Counted from the stretch's first letter, positions 53,013 through 62,219 are shown. The stretch: 64,000 nt of DNA from Leptolyngbyaceae cyanobacterium (GCA_965263355.1 CBDHHL010000056.1:2467867-2531866); one strand, 5' to 3'. The notes: generated by a model from the sequence alone, not told the origin. Made by a program: numbers and translations.

Positions 53013-53460
53013 TCATGGTCCCCAAACCGATACGACATTATCGTCTTGTGTCACATCTCGTTTAGATCCTTTAACATACCAGTTATGATAGCCTCGTCTT
53101 TCAGGATCGTTATTTGTAATTGTTCCTATATTTAGTCCATATACGACATATCCCCAGCCTCCAATCTCTGCTGTTCCCAACCTAACTGCTGAATTACTGA
53201 TTGAGTAATCTAAGTTCGTAACTAAAACAGCAACAGCTTTGATTTTATGCTTCTTAGCTTTGTCAAATACATCCGTTCCATACTTCACAACTAAGCTGCC
53301 CCTGCGCGAATCTGCTTCCTCACGTTTTCTATGTGCTTCTTCAAAAGCTAACGCTGTATTGGCAATACCAGTGGCAGCACTGATCATTGCAGCTGTGGCA
53401 CTTTGCGCACCTGCGGCAGCACTTATCAAGCCTGCTATGGCTGCTATTTGAAGGGGCATG
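53013..53460 (-). CDS. hypothetical protein in the first cassette; weak resemblance to Bacillus YvgO-type proteins
   Basis: Ala-rich N-terminus, then GTITNND..GYHNW..G; approximate start at MPLQ (ORF track start 53567). Confidence 0.55.
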
Positions 53461-53623
53461 ACAAAAGACCTCGTAAAAGAAAAAGAAAGTGAACCTTGTT
53501 TTCTAACTATAGGGCATCTCGATCGATTAAATATCAGCGTTGTATGGAATGCCGAGTCAGTTTGCACATCATTGCTCCTTCACAGATGATCTAGGCAAAC
53601 TGCTCAGGTTCGGGAACAAAGCC

Positions 53624-54391
53624 GTCGGGTAAGGAAGCAGGTTTTAAATATATCCCGCTTCCTCCCCTCAGAACCGTACGTACAACTTTCACTGTATACG
53701 GCTCAAGCAATGTCTTGAAATTCAGTTTTTCCGATTCTTAACAACCTTTTCAGATTGTCCTGATGGTTACGTTTACAAGCCGAAGCTTGCACCTAACTTT
53801 TCCCAATCAGTTAAGTTTCATCTCACCTTCATTCAAGTCCATCACCTATCCCACGTCAGCCCCCTTTCAGGTTGGGCAAATGCCCTATCTGCCCCGTTAT
53901 GAATTCCGGTTGCCTTTCGGCTGGCAGCTTTCGCTTCTTGGGATATCCTGTGCCCGCTAGAGAGTTCAGCTTTGGTTGCCCTCCGCTTACCTGGAAAATA
54001 AAGTATTTTCAGGACTCTATCGGGGTTTCCTCGTTCCGCACGGGGTGGAGATATGATTGCTTTAGGATTCCTCTTTACTCCGAGAGCGGGATGTTCTTGA
54101 TTGGCATTTAGACGCTACCAACCCCCATATGCTCCAATATTCTCGTATCAGCCATTTCGAGAACTCACATTAACGAAGCCTCATCAAGGATTCACTTGCG
54201 TTATCCTTAGCAATCTTGCCCTAGCCTGCACCCTCTTGTTGGCTCAGAAGATACTGCGACATTTAACCTCGTCTGCTGATGCTGCCCTCCCATTACTGGT
54301 CGAACATTCCGAGGCGGACATCCGCCTGAACACTGGCGGGGAGAGTCATTTGGGAGTCTCTCCAACTCCCCCGAACGACTTCGAGTCGCGC
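53624..54391 (-). mobile_element. ORF-less group II intron (IIB-like ribozyme, 768 nt)
   Basis: 5' end GCGCGAC (GUGYG variant); 34-nt domain V GAGCCGTATACAGTGAAAGTTGTACGTACGGTTC; domain VI ending CCCGAC; candidate EBS1/EBS2 pair with the upstream exon; no RT ORF. Confidence 0.88.
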
Positions 54392-54410
54392 GCATAACTA
54401 TGAGTTATCC
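54392..54410 (-). other. attI-like simple site
   Basis: Minus strand GGATAAC-TCATA-GTTATGC (L box, 5-bp spacer, R box) at the head of the attC array, in the same orientation. Confidence 0.65.
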
Positions 54411-54540
54411 AGACTAAGTCTGGATAACTACCTTCCAGCCGGAGTTATCCAGAAACTTTCTGGATAAACACCTTATAAGCAATTAACCCAGAAACTTTCT
54501 GGATAATACCCCCAGAGTCGGAGTTATCCAGAAAGCTTTA
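54403..54540. repeat. four palindromes of about 27 bp (AGTTATCCAGA-N5-TCTGGATAA) at about 40-bp period
   Basis: Copies start at 54403, 54443, 54482 and 54522; the last is a half site. Confidence 0.85.
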
Positions 54541-54749
54541 ACCTCGCTTTAATAGTTCAAATAAACTATTGAGCCATCTACCAAGACTTATCGTGAGTGT
54601 GATGTTTTAGGGGGTCGCTAAGACTATCCTTGTTCGATGGGGTCAATATCTACCGTTTTTGACGGTTAAACCAGTGAAATGAGCATTTTTCCGGCCAGAA
54701 GCATCTCCTCAGTGCCTTGATAACAGCGTGATACAGCCCATTTGCTAGC

Positions 54750-54863
54750 TTGACGAAAGCCTAACCCCCGGTCTAAAGTAACCCAATGCTGCAAGTGCAG
54801 CTGTTCTACTAGAACCTAATAACTTGGCACCATCGGCAGGTGCTCGCAACACCTAACCGATGG
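54750..54863 (+). promoter_or_regulatory. putative sigma70 promoter followed by a leader hairpin
   Basis: TTGACG-N18-TAAAGT; CCATCGG..CCGATGG stem at 54830-54863. Confidence 0.4.
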
Positions 54864-54995
54864 CTGACCCGCGGATTACCGTGCAATCCTTGGGATGGGC
54901 TTATTATGCCTCAGCCCCTGCGATTTGCCATGCATCGCGGGGGCTGAGCCGTTAGGTTCTGGCTTTCCTTGTTGTTTCTCTGGAGAACCAGAACC

Positions 54996-55235
54996 ATGTT
55001 TCAAGACCCAACCCAGGGCGCATCAGCGCTCACCCGTCGCCCTGACCCGCTACCAGAATCTTCCTACGAAATGGGACGACATCTGCTGCTGGGCAGTTTG
55101 ACCTTTGTGCAGACCACCATCAAACTACTGCATAAGCTCAACTACACTGAGCCCAACGACTGGAGCCGTCCGCTACCCACCGGACGCCCCAATGAGGTGA
55201 TGGCGATTTTGACTAAAAAAGTGAAGATTAGCTAG
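54996..55235 (+). CDS. small cyanobacterial hypothetical protein
   Basis: RHLLLGS..VQTTIKLLHKLNY.EPNDWS.P.PTGRPNEVMAIL, a pattern recalled from a multicopy cyanobacterial family. Confidence 0.7.
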   Translation: MFQDPTQGASALTRRPDPLPESSYEMGRHLLLGSLTFVQTTIKLLHKLNYTEPNDWSRPLPTGRPNEVMAILTKKVKIS

Positions 55236-55417
55236 GGCGATGCGATCGCATCCTTATCTAAAGGTGCGATCGCAGCCTTATTTAACGGACTAATCCTATG
55301 CTCTATCAAGACTAAAGTTGCGGGTAAACAACATGGTCTGAAACATGATTCTCGTCAGTACTTTATACTTTTCTTTACCCCCATTAGCCTGCCCTCAGAT
55401 AGAAAGTATTTCAGAGG

Positions 55418-56578
55418 TTAGAGGCGTTCCTGGTTGGATAAAGACTGATGGTGCTGCCTACGTTGCCAAAGTGGACTGACAATCCACAGAACTATAAACG
55501 GCAGGAGTGCAAACCATAGGGTTTGATAGCTAAGTACGCCAAAGAGGCCAAAGAGTTGACGCGGGATGGCTGTGGTATTCCAAAGCAGGCCAATGAGTAC
55601 TGCCAAACCGACGGAGCCAGTCACTAACAGTGAGGGAGATAGTTTGTCTAAGCCCTTTACTCGTAATAGCTTGGGATAAAACCGTTCATAGAGCATTTGC
55701 CAATCTGGAAAGGCAGCATAGATGCTTAAAACTGTTGTAAATGGAATGCCCAACAGTAGTGTATTGAAGCTGTGAAAAATAGGAGCTAAGCGCAAGATGA
55801 TGGCCTGGGCAACCCGATTAAAGAGAACCAAAATAAACGCTGTTTCAAACAGTAGTACCGCATATTGGGCTGGAATGGCTAAGGCAGCGGTGCGACCCAG
55901 CTGAGGCCCCAGGGGATAAATGGGAAACCCATTACTGAGATGACTTTTAACCCCTTTTGCCAGGATAAAATCCCCCACCAATTGCGGTTCAACCAGCCAG
56001 GAGACTTCCAAAAATTTGACGATGGCGGCTGATAAAAACAAGATTGCTAAGATCACCAACAGTCCCCGTGCTGGCCAGATATAACGCCAGGAAGACTCTC
56101 GGGGAGATGGAACTAGCTGTCCTTGCTTTTGTTTGAGTACAGCATCGATGGAATAGGTCGCCCCCCATTTAGAAAACAACATAAATAAGGGAACATAGAA
56201 CACAATCAGTACGATGGTTCGCTCTTGAATTAAAAAGCCAGTGCGAAACCCAGCTAACCCAAACCCGACAATTAAAACAACCAGATTGGCCAGACGGGTT
56301 TTATAGCCCAGCAATAGCAAGATCAATGCCATCACCAAAAGCATTTCTAGGGTTGCATAGCCAACATCTGGCAGTGGCGATAACACTTTTAGCAAAATGG
56401 TAGGTTTCCATTGGTTAGTGGGCACCAGGCCAAGTTCCGCAAATCTGAGAGGACTGAGAAACCATAGATAGAAGACGCTATATATGATGCGATAGAGACC
56501 CATGCGGCCAGCTGCATTTTTCGCAGGGCGTGTGAGCCATTGACCATAGCGACGCTCAAGCTGCTGGAAAAATTTCAT
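55418..56578 (-). CDS. HTTM-like multi-TM membrane protein (copy B)
   Basis: Paralog of 42669-43826. Confidence 0.75.
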   Translation of the reverse strand: MKFFQQLERRYGQWLTRPAKNAAGRMGLYRIIYSVFYLWFLSPLRFAELGLVPTNQWKPTILLKVLSPLPDVGYATLEMLLVMALILLLLGYKTRLANLVVLIVGFGLAGFRTGFLIQERTIVLIVFYVPLFMLFSKWGATYSIDAVLKQKQGQLVPSPRESSWRYIWPARGLLVILAILFLSAAIVKFLEVSWLVEPQLVGDFILAKGVKSHLSNGFPIYPLGPQLGRTAALAIPAQYAVLLFETAFILVLFNRVAQAIILRLAPIFHSFNTLLLGIPFTTVLSIYAAFPDWQMLYERFYPKLLRVKGLDKLSPSLLVTGSVGLAVLIGLLWNTTAIPRQLFGLFGVLSYQTLWFALLPFIVLWIVSPLWQRRQHHQSLSNQERL

Positions 56579-56598
56579 AGGGGCTATCTAGACAACAC

Positions 56599-57072
56599 TT
56601 AGTTTGTAGTATGAGCAGTAAAGCGATCAATAAAAACGCTTTGGGTTGGCTGTTGAATATCTAGCGGCGGGTGTTGCTCAAAGTCAACATGCCAAACGTG
56701 ACGCCAGGCCTCCACCTGCTCGATTTTGGTGTCGAGCAGAAATTCCAGTTGTTGAATCAAGTAAGGGCGAGAAATTGCTTGCTGTTCTGCATTGCCTTCT
56801 ACGGCGGCTTGCATCAGTCTATGCCCTGGTGTTTGGTTAGAGGTATCGTTATCTAGGGTGTAGAGGTCCATCGGACGTAATACATGCTGATGGCCAGCAC
56901 TATCTAAAACATGGAGTTCGAGACGACTTACTTTAGTCGGTGGCGTGTAACCATCGCTGGTGGAGTACATGTCCCACCAGGTAAATGGCCATAGGCTACC
57001 ACCCAGCACTAACAGCACAAAGGCCATGCCTGCAGTGAAATATTTAGCGAACCGCAACTCCTGAGTTTCCAT
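56599..57072 (-). CDS. hypothetical partner protein, copy B
   Basis: Paralog of 43833-44318 (LRPMDLYT shared). Confidence 0.75.
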   Translation of the reverse strand: METQELRFAKYFTAGMAFVLLVLGGSLWPFTWWDMYSTSDGYTPPTKVSRLELHVLDSAGHQHVLRPMDLYTLDNDTSNQTPGHRLMQAAVEGNAEQQAISRPYLIQQLEFLLDTKIEQVEAWRHVWHVDFEQHPPLDIQQPTQSVFIDRFTAHTTN

Positions 57073-57136
57073 GAACGCAGTTTATCTCATTGCTGATAGC
57101 AATATGACATAAACGCAACTCTGACAATTGTCAAAT

Positions 57137-58894
57137 TTATTCCTCAGAAATACTCTCTGGTGCAGACTCTGCTGCCTCATCAATAGCGTCTTCCTGTTCT
57201 TGTTGGACGTCTTCGACAGCTTCTTCAATGTCTTCATCGTTAGCAACAGGTTCATCCTCAACGGTTTCGCTATTGTCGGCGTCATGGAGGGCGAGTTCTG
57301 CTTCGGCTCGTCGTTGCATGGCTTCGTGCCCCAGGACTCCCTCATAGGCATATCGGTTATAGCCACCATTTTCGACAATGGCTTGTAAATAATCGACGCG
57401 TTCTTGAGGGGCGGGGTGAGACGATAACCAGGGTACAACCTGACGATCGCCATAGCGGTCATCTAGGGCCAGCATTAGGCCGTGCATACCGTCGGCAGCA
57501 TAACCGCTGGAGGCAAGAATTTGGGTGCCGACGATATCGGCTTGTCGCTCCATTTGGCGGGAATAGTCAGAGACGATGGCGTTAGTCACTATCCCAGCCA
57601 ACGGTAAATATTGAGTCAAGCTGGCGGTGAGATTGCCTCGGGTAACTAGCTGAAAGCCATGGGATAAAACGGCATGGGATATTTCGTGACCCAGGAGACC
57701 GGCTAATTCGGCTTCGGAGTCGGTGGCGAGAACGGCACCGGAATTAACGAACACTTTACCTCCGGGTAGGGCAAAGGCATTGAGTTCAGGATCGATGACG
57801 ACATCAAAGGTGTAGTCAAAGTCATCTCGACCGGCGGCAGCAGCGAGTTTATTACCAATGCCACGCACATAGGCCAGCAGTTCTTCATCTTGAGACATGG
57901 GCAGTTGGTCGCGGGCAGAGGCGGCCACGGACTCACCCAAGGATTTTTCGCCCTGAAGCAGGATAAAACTGGTGTTGAGGGCGGTAAACGGCCCGTATAA
58001 ACCACCGGTTAGGATATAGCCAGCGGCTCCGGTGATAATGTTTGCGATCGCATTCTCACGAATTCTGGCATTGGTGGACGACTTAAACCGCCGCAAATTT
58101 TCATCGGCCAGGGCAGCATAGCCGTCTGCCTCAGGATGGTCAGGATTGAGCAAGGCAAACTGACGCGCGGCAATGGAGGCTTCAATCCACTGTTTTTGAC
58201 TCATCATCAGCTCAATCTGAGCACTGAGCAAATTAGGCTCATAGGGATAAAGCGTCAGAGCCTTTTCTAAGACCATTTCGGCCTCCTCTGGACGCTCGTA
58301 CGTTTGGAGGACCTCGGCGTATAGTAGATGGCCAGGAATAAAGGCCGGGATTTCTGTCGTCAGTAAGTCCAGGGGAACCAGGGTTTGGGATTCGCGGCCC
58401 GCTTCTAGCCCACGGGCAGATTCACGCCAATAAACCGCTCCACCGGGGGAGAGCTGGGCTGGATCATTAAAAGGTTCGGCAGGAACATCTTCTAAATCGT
58501 CCTCATTTCTCCAACCAAAGGTTTTCGCCTCACGGTAAAGCGCTTCAGCCGCCGCAATATCCCCAGCTAAGTAAAGCCTATCTGCCTCAATAATCAGCTC
58601 TCGTTGGAACCAGGTTTCCTGCTCCAGGGCCGCCGCTTCTGGATCGTATTCAGGCTCTGCGGGCACCTCTTCTGCGGGCACCTCTTCTGAGGTATCGCCT
58701 GCAGGATCCGTCGGGTTGCTTTCTTCCTCAATGGGATCCACCGTTGGCTCTGAAGAGTCCTCAGCATTGCGCATTTGCACAATGTGCTCAGGGCGTTCGG
58801 GTGAAGCGGCACGACCTGGCAAGACAGGGCTAAGCAGTAGTGTCAGACTAAAGCCTACTGCTAGGAGCAGGGCAAAACGTTGATTGACCTTCAT
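57137..58894 (-). CDS. M48 family metallopeptidase with a TPR-like region
   Basis: Signal peptide from ATG 58894; NAFALPGG, HEISH, ERQAD, SHP. Confidence 0.9.
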   Translation of the reverse strand: MKVNQRFALLLAVGFSLTLLLSPVLPGRAASPERPEHIVQMRNAEDSSEPTVDPIEEESNPTDPAGDTSEEVPAEEVPAEPEYDPEAAALEQETWFQRELIIEADRLYLAGDIAAAEALYREAKTFGWRNEDDLEDVPAEPFNDPAQLSPGGAVYWRESARGLEAGRESQTLVPLDLLTTEIPAFIPGHLLYAEVLQTYERPEEAEMVLEKALTLYPYEPNLLSAQIELMMSQKQWIEASIAARQFALLNPDHPEADGYAALADENLRRFKSSTNARIRENAIANIITGAAGYILTGGLYGPFTALNTSFILLQGEKSLGESVAASARDQLPMSQDEELLAYVRGIGNKLAAAAGRDDFDYTFDVVIDPELNAFALPGGKVFVNSGAVLATDSEAELAGLLGHEISHAVLSHGFQLVTRGNLTASLTQYLPLAGIVTNAIVSDYSRQMERQADIVGTQILASSGYAADGMHGLMLALDDRYGDRQVVPWLSSHPAPQERVDYLQAIVENGGYNRYAYEGVLGHEAMQRRAEAELALHDADNSETVEDEPVANDEDIEEAVEDVQQEQEDAIDEAAESAPESISEE

Positions 58895-59163
58895 GGTGGA
58901 TAGGAAGAACGAAGCGGTTAGGGCACGAAATAGGAATGGTTCTGAGCAGATGCTCCACTTTAAAAGTATGAACGTTGAGGGTTGACGTTCTATTGGATTA
59001 TTCTGACAAATCTTGCTCGGAATAACCTGAACTAGGACGCTGTTGTAGGTGTTATCTCTGGAATTAGCCAGGTTATCTGCTGGTGAAAGGTGCTCAAATA
59101 CGACGGCAGAATGGAAGGAAGCAGAATATACTAAGTTTTGTAACGCGTTGATAATCACCCACT

Positions 59164-59649
59164 ATGAGCCCTGAAACCATTGAGGCGATTAAGCCATATT
59201 TGAACTTTTTCCATCCGATTATGATGTGGGCCCTGTTTGGCCTGACGCTCTATGCCATGTATCTAGGCATTCAAAGCCGTAAGGTGCGCTTTGCTAGCGG
59301 TGACGAAAAGAAGGAACTGATCAAAGGCAAATTTGCTGTTAAACACCACCAGATGGGATCGATTATTTTGGCGCTTATGGTGCTCGGTACCATCGGTGGT
59401 ATGGCTGTGACCTATATCAATAATGGCAAACTGTTTGTCGGGCCTCACCTGTTGGCAGGTTTATCAATGACGGGTTTGATTGCGATCGCAGTCTCCCTTG
59501 TACCTCTGATGCAGCGGGGCAACGAAACTGCCCGTCTAACTCACATTAGTATCAATGTTGTGATTGTGGGTCTGTTTGGCTGGCAGGCAGTGACCGGTAT
59601 GCAGATCGTGCAGCGCATTCTAGAAAGTGCATTTGGGATTACGTTTTAG
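59164..59649 (+). CDS. DUF4079-like membrane protein
   Basis: FHPIMMW, KHHQMG, GPHLLAG. Confidence 0.8.
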   Translation: MSPETIEAIKPYLNFFHPIMMWALFGLTLYAMYLGIQSRKVRFASGDEKKELIKGKFAVKHHQMGSIILALMVLGTIGGMAVTYINNGKLFVGPHLLAGLSMTGLIAIAVSLVPLMQRGNETARLTHISINVVIVGLFGWQAVTGMQIVQRILESAFGITF

Positions 59650-59683
59650 GATACTGGCATTACCCCAACCTTGAATCTGACGG

Positions 59684-59715
59684 AAAGGGAGCTGGCTATG
59701 GGTCGGCTCCTTTTT
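59684..59715 (+). terminator. intrinsic terminator
   Basis: GGAGCTGGC-TATGG-GTCGGCTCC followed by TTTTT. Confidence 0.7.
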
Positions 59716-59779
59716 AAATGTTGTTTTGCATCGGGATGCCGTTGCGTTTTACCCTGAGCGCTAGTGTCTAACAACTGCT

Positions 59780-61600
59780 ATGGCTGATGTGAAAACGATT
59801 CAAGCAACTCCCTGGCTAACTCAGTTGGCGATGGCACTGAGTGGGCTGGTGGCCTATGGCTATACGTTTTCACGGGAAAATATATTCAATCAGATGCCTG
59901 CGGTAATGGCACTGTTGGATCCAGGGCTGTATCGCCAGGATTTTTATGTGCAGGCGATGACCCAGTTTACGCCCAGGTCGTATTACTACTATGGGCTGGC
60001 GTTGCCGGTAAAGCTGGGCTTGAGTCTGCCACTGGTATGTTTTATTTACTTTGCGATCGCATTTATGGCCTTTAGTCTGGGCCTCTATGCCATTGGTCGT
60101 CATTTGGGGGGCTCAAAACTGTCAGCGGCGGGCTTAGCATTTTTAGGATTGGCCGTTGCCGATGGCACCGTCGGGTTTACCGATCTCTTTCGCCGCACTC
60201 CATTGCCCAGTGTCTATGCCATGGGCATTGCGGTATGGGGCATTTACTTTTGTCTACAGCATCGCTGGCTACGGGGCTATGTACTGTTGGGCATCAGCTG
60301 TCTGCTGCAGTTTTTGATTGGTGTCCTACCAGGACTGTTATTTACCCCCGCACTGATCGTCCACAGTGTCAGAGCCAAACGTCTCCAGCAAGTATTATGG
60401 GCTTGGGGAGCGCTGCTACTGTTGGCCGGGTTAGTTTACAGCCCTATGGTACTGACCGGGAATACGGGCAGTGATTTGCTCAGTAATGCCGATTTTGTCT
60501 GGCTTTATGGCTATGTGCGCCATCCCCACCATATTATTTTGTCCATATTTCCCGTCAGTAGCTGGCGACGGTTCACATATTTCTTGCTAACAGGATTTGC
60601 CTGTCTCTATGGGTCTCAACGCCTGGGTCTCGATCAAAAAATTACCCTGGGCTTAACGATGGTCACTGGCTGTGGTCTGTTAGCGGTGGGATATGGTCTG
60701 GTGGAGCTGTATCCAGTGGCGACGGTGGCCAAGTTGCAATTTGCTAGAACGACGCCGTTTATTTTGCTGCTGGTGTTGGCTGCGATCTCTACATATGCCA
60801 GTGAGCTATACCATCAGAGCAATCGGGCCTTGGCACTGCTGTTAATCGCCACGCCAGTAATTGATAATGCGGGCGGTCTGATCACCCTGATTGCTGTTGG
60901 CTTGAGTTTGTTGAAACCAGGACCAAAACAGTTTTGGCAGCGCTTTAACCCAAATCGCAGATTGTGGTTACTATACACCGTCTTTTTAATTGTCTTGGGG
61001 GTGACCTATGCCTACCATGTGGCCTTATTTCTAAGTTTTGCCTATCCGTTTTTAACCGATGAATTTCCTGGGTTATTTAAACGATTACGACCGGCTGCAT
61101 ATGCCGTAATCGCCGGGTGTAGTTTGTTTGTGTTACTGCATCTGGGTGGTGTGGTGGCCCATCGCAGTCTGAGTCCTTTACATCGGGCGATTAAGCTGGC
61201 CCCTGTGGTGGACAAACCGGTGAAAACCCTGGCGGTCAATTTTCGCAATAATTCGCCGCTAGATGCGTTAGTGATTGTCCCCCCATCGGATCGGCTGTTC
61301 CGGTTTTACAGCCAGCGCTCAGTGGTGGTGAACTTTAAAGGATTTCCCTTTACCGATGCGGGCATGGTCACCTGGCAGCAACGGATGGAGGCGTTACTGG
61401 GGAAACTGCCTGGGTCTGTAGAGGCGGTGTTAGACCAGCGCTTTAGTCAGCTGACGGGGGCAGAGCTGGGTGCGATCGCAGCCGACTTTAAGGCCACCCA
61501 TATTTTGACCCGCCAATCCTGGCATCCCGATATTCCAGGCAAAGTGGTTGCTCAACAAGAGGATTGGGTCCTTTGGGCAGTTATACGAAATCCTGGTTAG
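59780..61600 (+). CDS. polytopic membrane protein (DUF6798-like)
   Basis: Many TM segments; RHPHH, FRFYSQRSVVVNFK, WQQR. Confidence 0.7.
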   Translation: MADVKTIQATPWLTQLAMALSGLVAYGYTFSRENIFNQMPAVMALLDPGLYRQDFYVQAMTQFTPRSYYYYGLALPVKLGLSLPLVCFIYFAIAFMAFSLGLYAIGRHLGGSKLSAAGLAFLGLAVADGTVGFTDLFRRTPLPSVYAMGIAVWGIYFCLQHRWLRGYVLLGISCLLQFLIGVLPGLLFTPALIVHSVRAKRLQQVLWAWGALLLLAGLVYSPMVLTGNTGSDLLSNADFVWLYGYVRHPHHIILSIFPVSSWRRFTYFLLTGFACLYGSQRLGLDQKITLGLTMVTGCGLLAVGYGLVELYPVATVAKLQFARTTPFILLLVLAAISTYASELYHQSNRALALLLIATPVIDNAGGLITLIAVGLSLLKPGPKQFWQRFNPNRRLWLLYTVFLIVLGVTYAYHVALFLSFAYPFLTDEFPGLFKRLRPAAYAVIAGCSLFVLLHLGGVVAHRSLSPLHRAIKLAPVVDKPVKTLAVNFRNNSPLDALVIVPPSDRLFRFYSQRSVVVNFKGFPFTDAGMVTWQQRMEALLGKLPGSVEAVLDQRFSQLTGAELGAIAADFKATHILTRQSWHPDIPGKVVAQQEDWVLWAVIRNPG

Positions 61601-61613
61601 TAGCGTCGATATC

Positions 61614-61643
61614 GCAGGGCATCCACAAGGGAGTGCCCCTACA
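61614..61643. repeat. REP-like hairpin
   Basis: GCAGGGCA..TGCCCCTACA, resembling cyanobacterial GTAGGGGC...GCCCCTAC palindromes. Confidence 0.55.
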
Positions 61644-61688
61644 GAATCCTCACCCATCCCCCTAGGTGAGTCTTTACGCCGATATAGC

Positions 61689-62219
61689 CTATTTCAAGGC
61701 TAAAAGTCCCTGTTCCTTTAGCTTGGGGTTGAACTTAATGGAAATTTGGGCTCCTCGGGCTTCGACTTGGGCCTTAACATCGGCTTCAACGCGGCGCGCT
61801 AACTGCTTGAGGAGTTTGTTGGTTTGAGAGGGTTCGGCGTTTGCGATCGCATCCCGTTCCGCCTCCGTCATAAAGGTTTTAGCATCAATCGGTTTTTCCC
61901 ACACCAGTTGTTGATCACCATTACCCGCAGGCACCGTGCCATATTCCGCCAGCCATGCAGTTCGAATCTCTTCCAATAGGGTGCGACTGGGACGAGCGAC
62001 CGTGTAGACCTTAAACCAGTGACACTGATGAGGGCAGCGCACCAGATGCTGCGTCAGACCCACATTGATATCCCGTGAATAGCCCACATACTGTAGCGTT
62101 TGAGCCTGATCAAAAATGGCATAAATACCTACCTTGCCCGCCAAACCCGGCGGTAATTCCCCCTCCACTAGATAGGGGTGCATTTCTAAACTGGCCAAGG
62201 TAGGTAGGGAGTCTGACAT
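61689..62219 (-). CDS. GIY-YIG nuclease family protein
   Basis: GIYAIFD..QYVGYSR. Confidence 0.85.
   Translation of the reverse strand: MSDSLPTLASLEMHPYLVEGELPPGLAGKVGIYAIFDQAQTLQYVGYSRDINVGLTQHLVRCPHQCHWFKVYTVARPSRTLLEEIRTAWLAEYGTVPAGNGDQQLVWEKPIDAKTFMTEAERDAIANAEPSQTNKLLKQLARRVEADVKAQVEARGAQISIKFNPKLKEQGLLALK

Noticed and set aside
52382..53038. ORFs 52382-52786 (+) and 52805-53038 (-)
   Set aside because: The first runs antisense across attC3 and the BrnA relic; the second has no recognisable features. Both are probably spurious.
53624..54391. Class IIC-attC intron, retron or DGR
   Set aside because: Domain V is 34 nt with an AGC triad, an EBS2 pairing is present, there is no RT gene, and no template/variable repeat pair was seen.
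53763..54397. Short ORFs within the intron
   Set aside because: They overlap structured ribozyme sequence, mostly antisense, and have no RT or maturase motifs.
54403..54540. Mini CRISPR array
   Set aside because: The intervening segments are only 12-13 bp and partly similar to each other, the repeats overlap an attI-like core, and no cas genes are in the window.
58895..59158. N-terminal extension of the M48 peptidase in the ORF track
   Set aside because: The signal peptide begins at ATG 58894; the extension covers the divergent promoter region.
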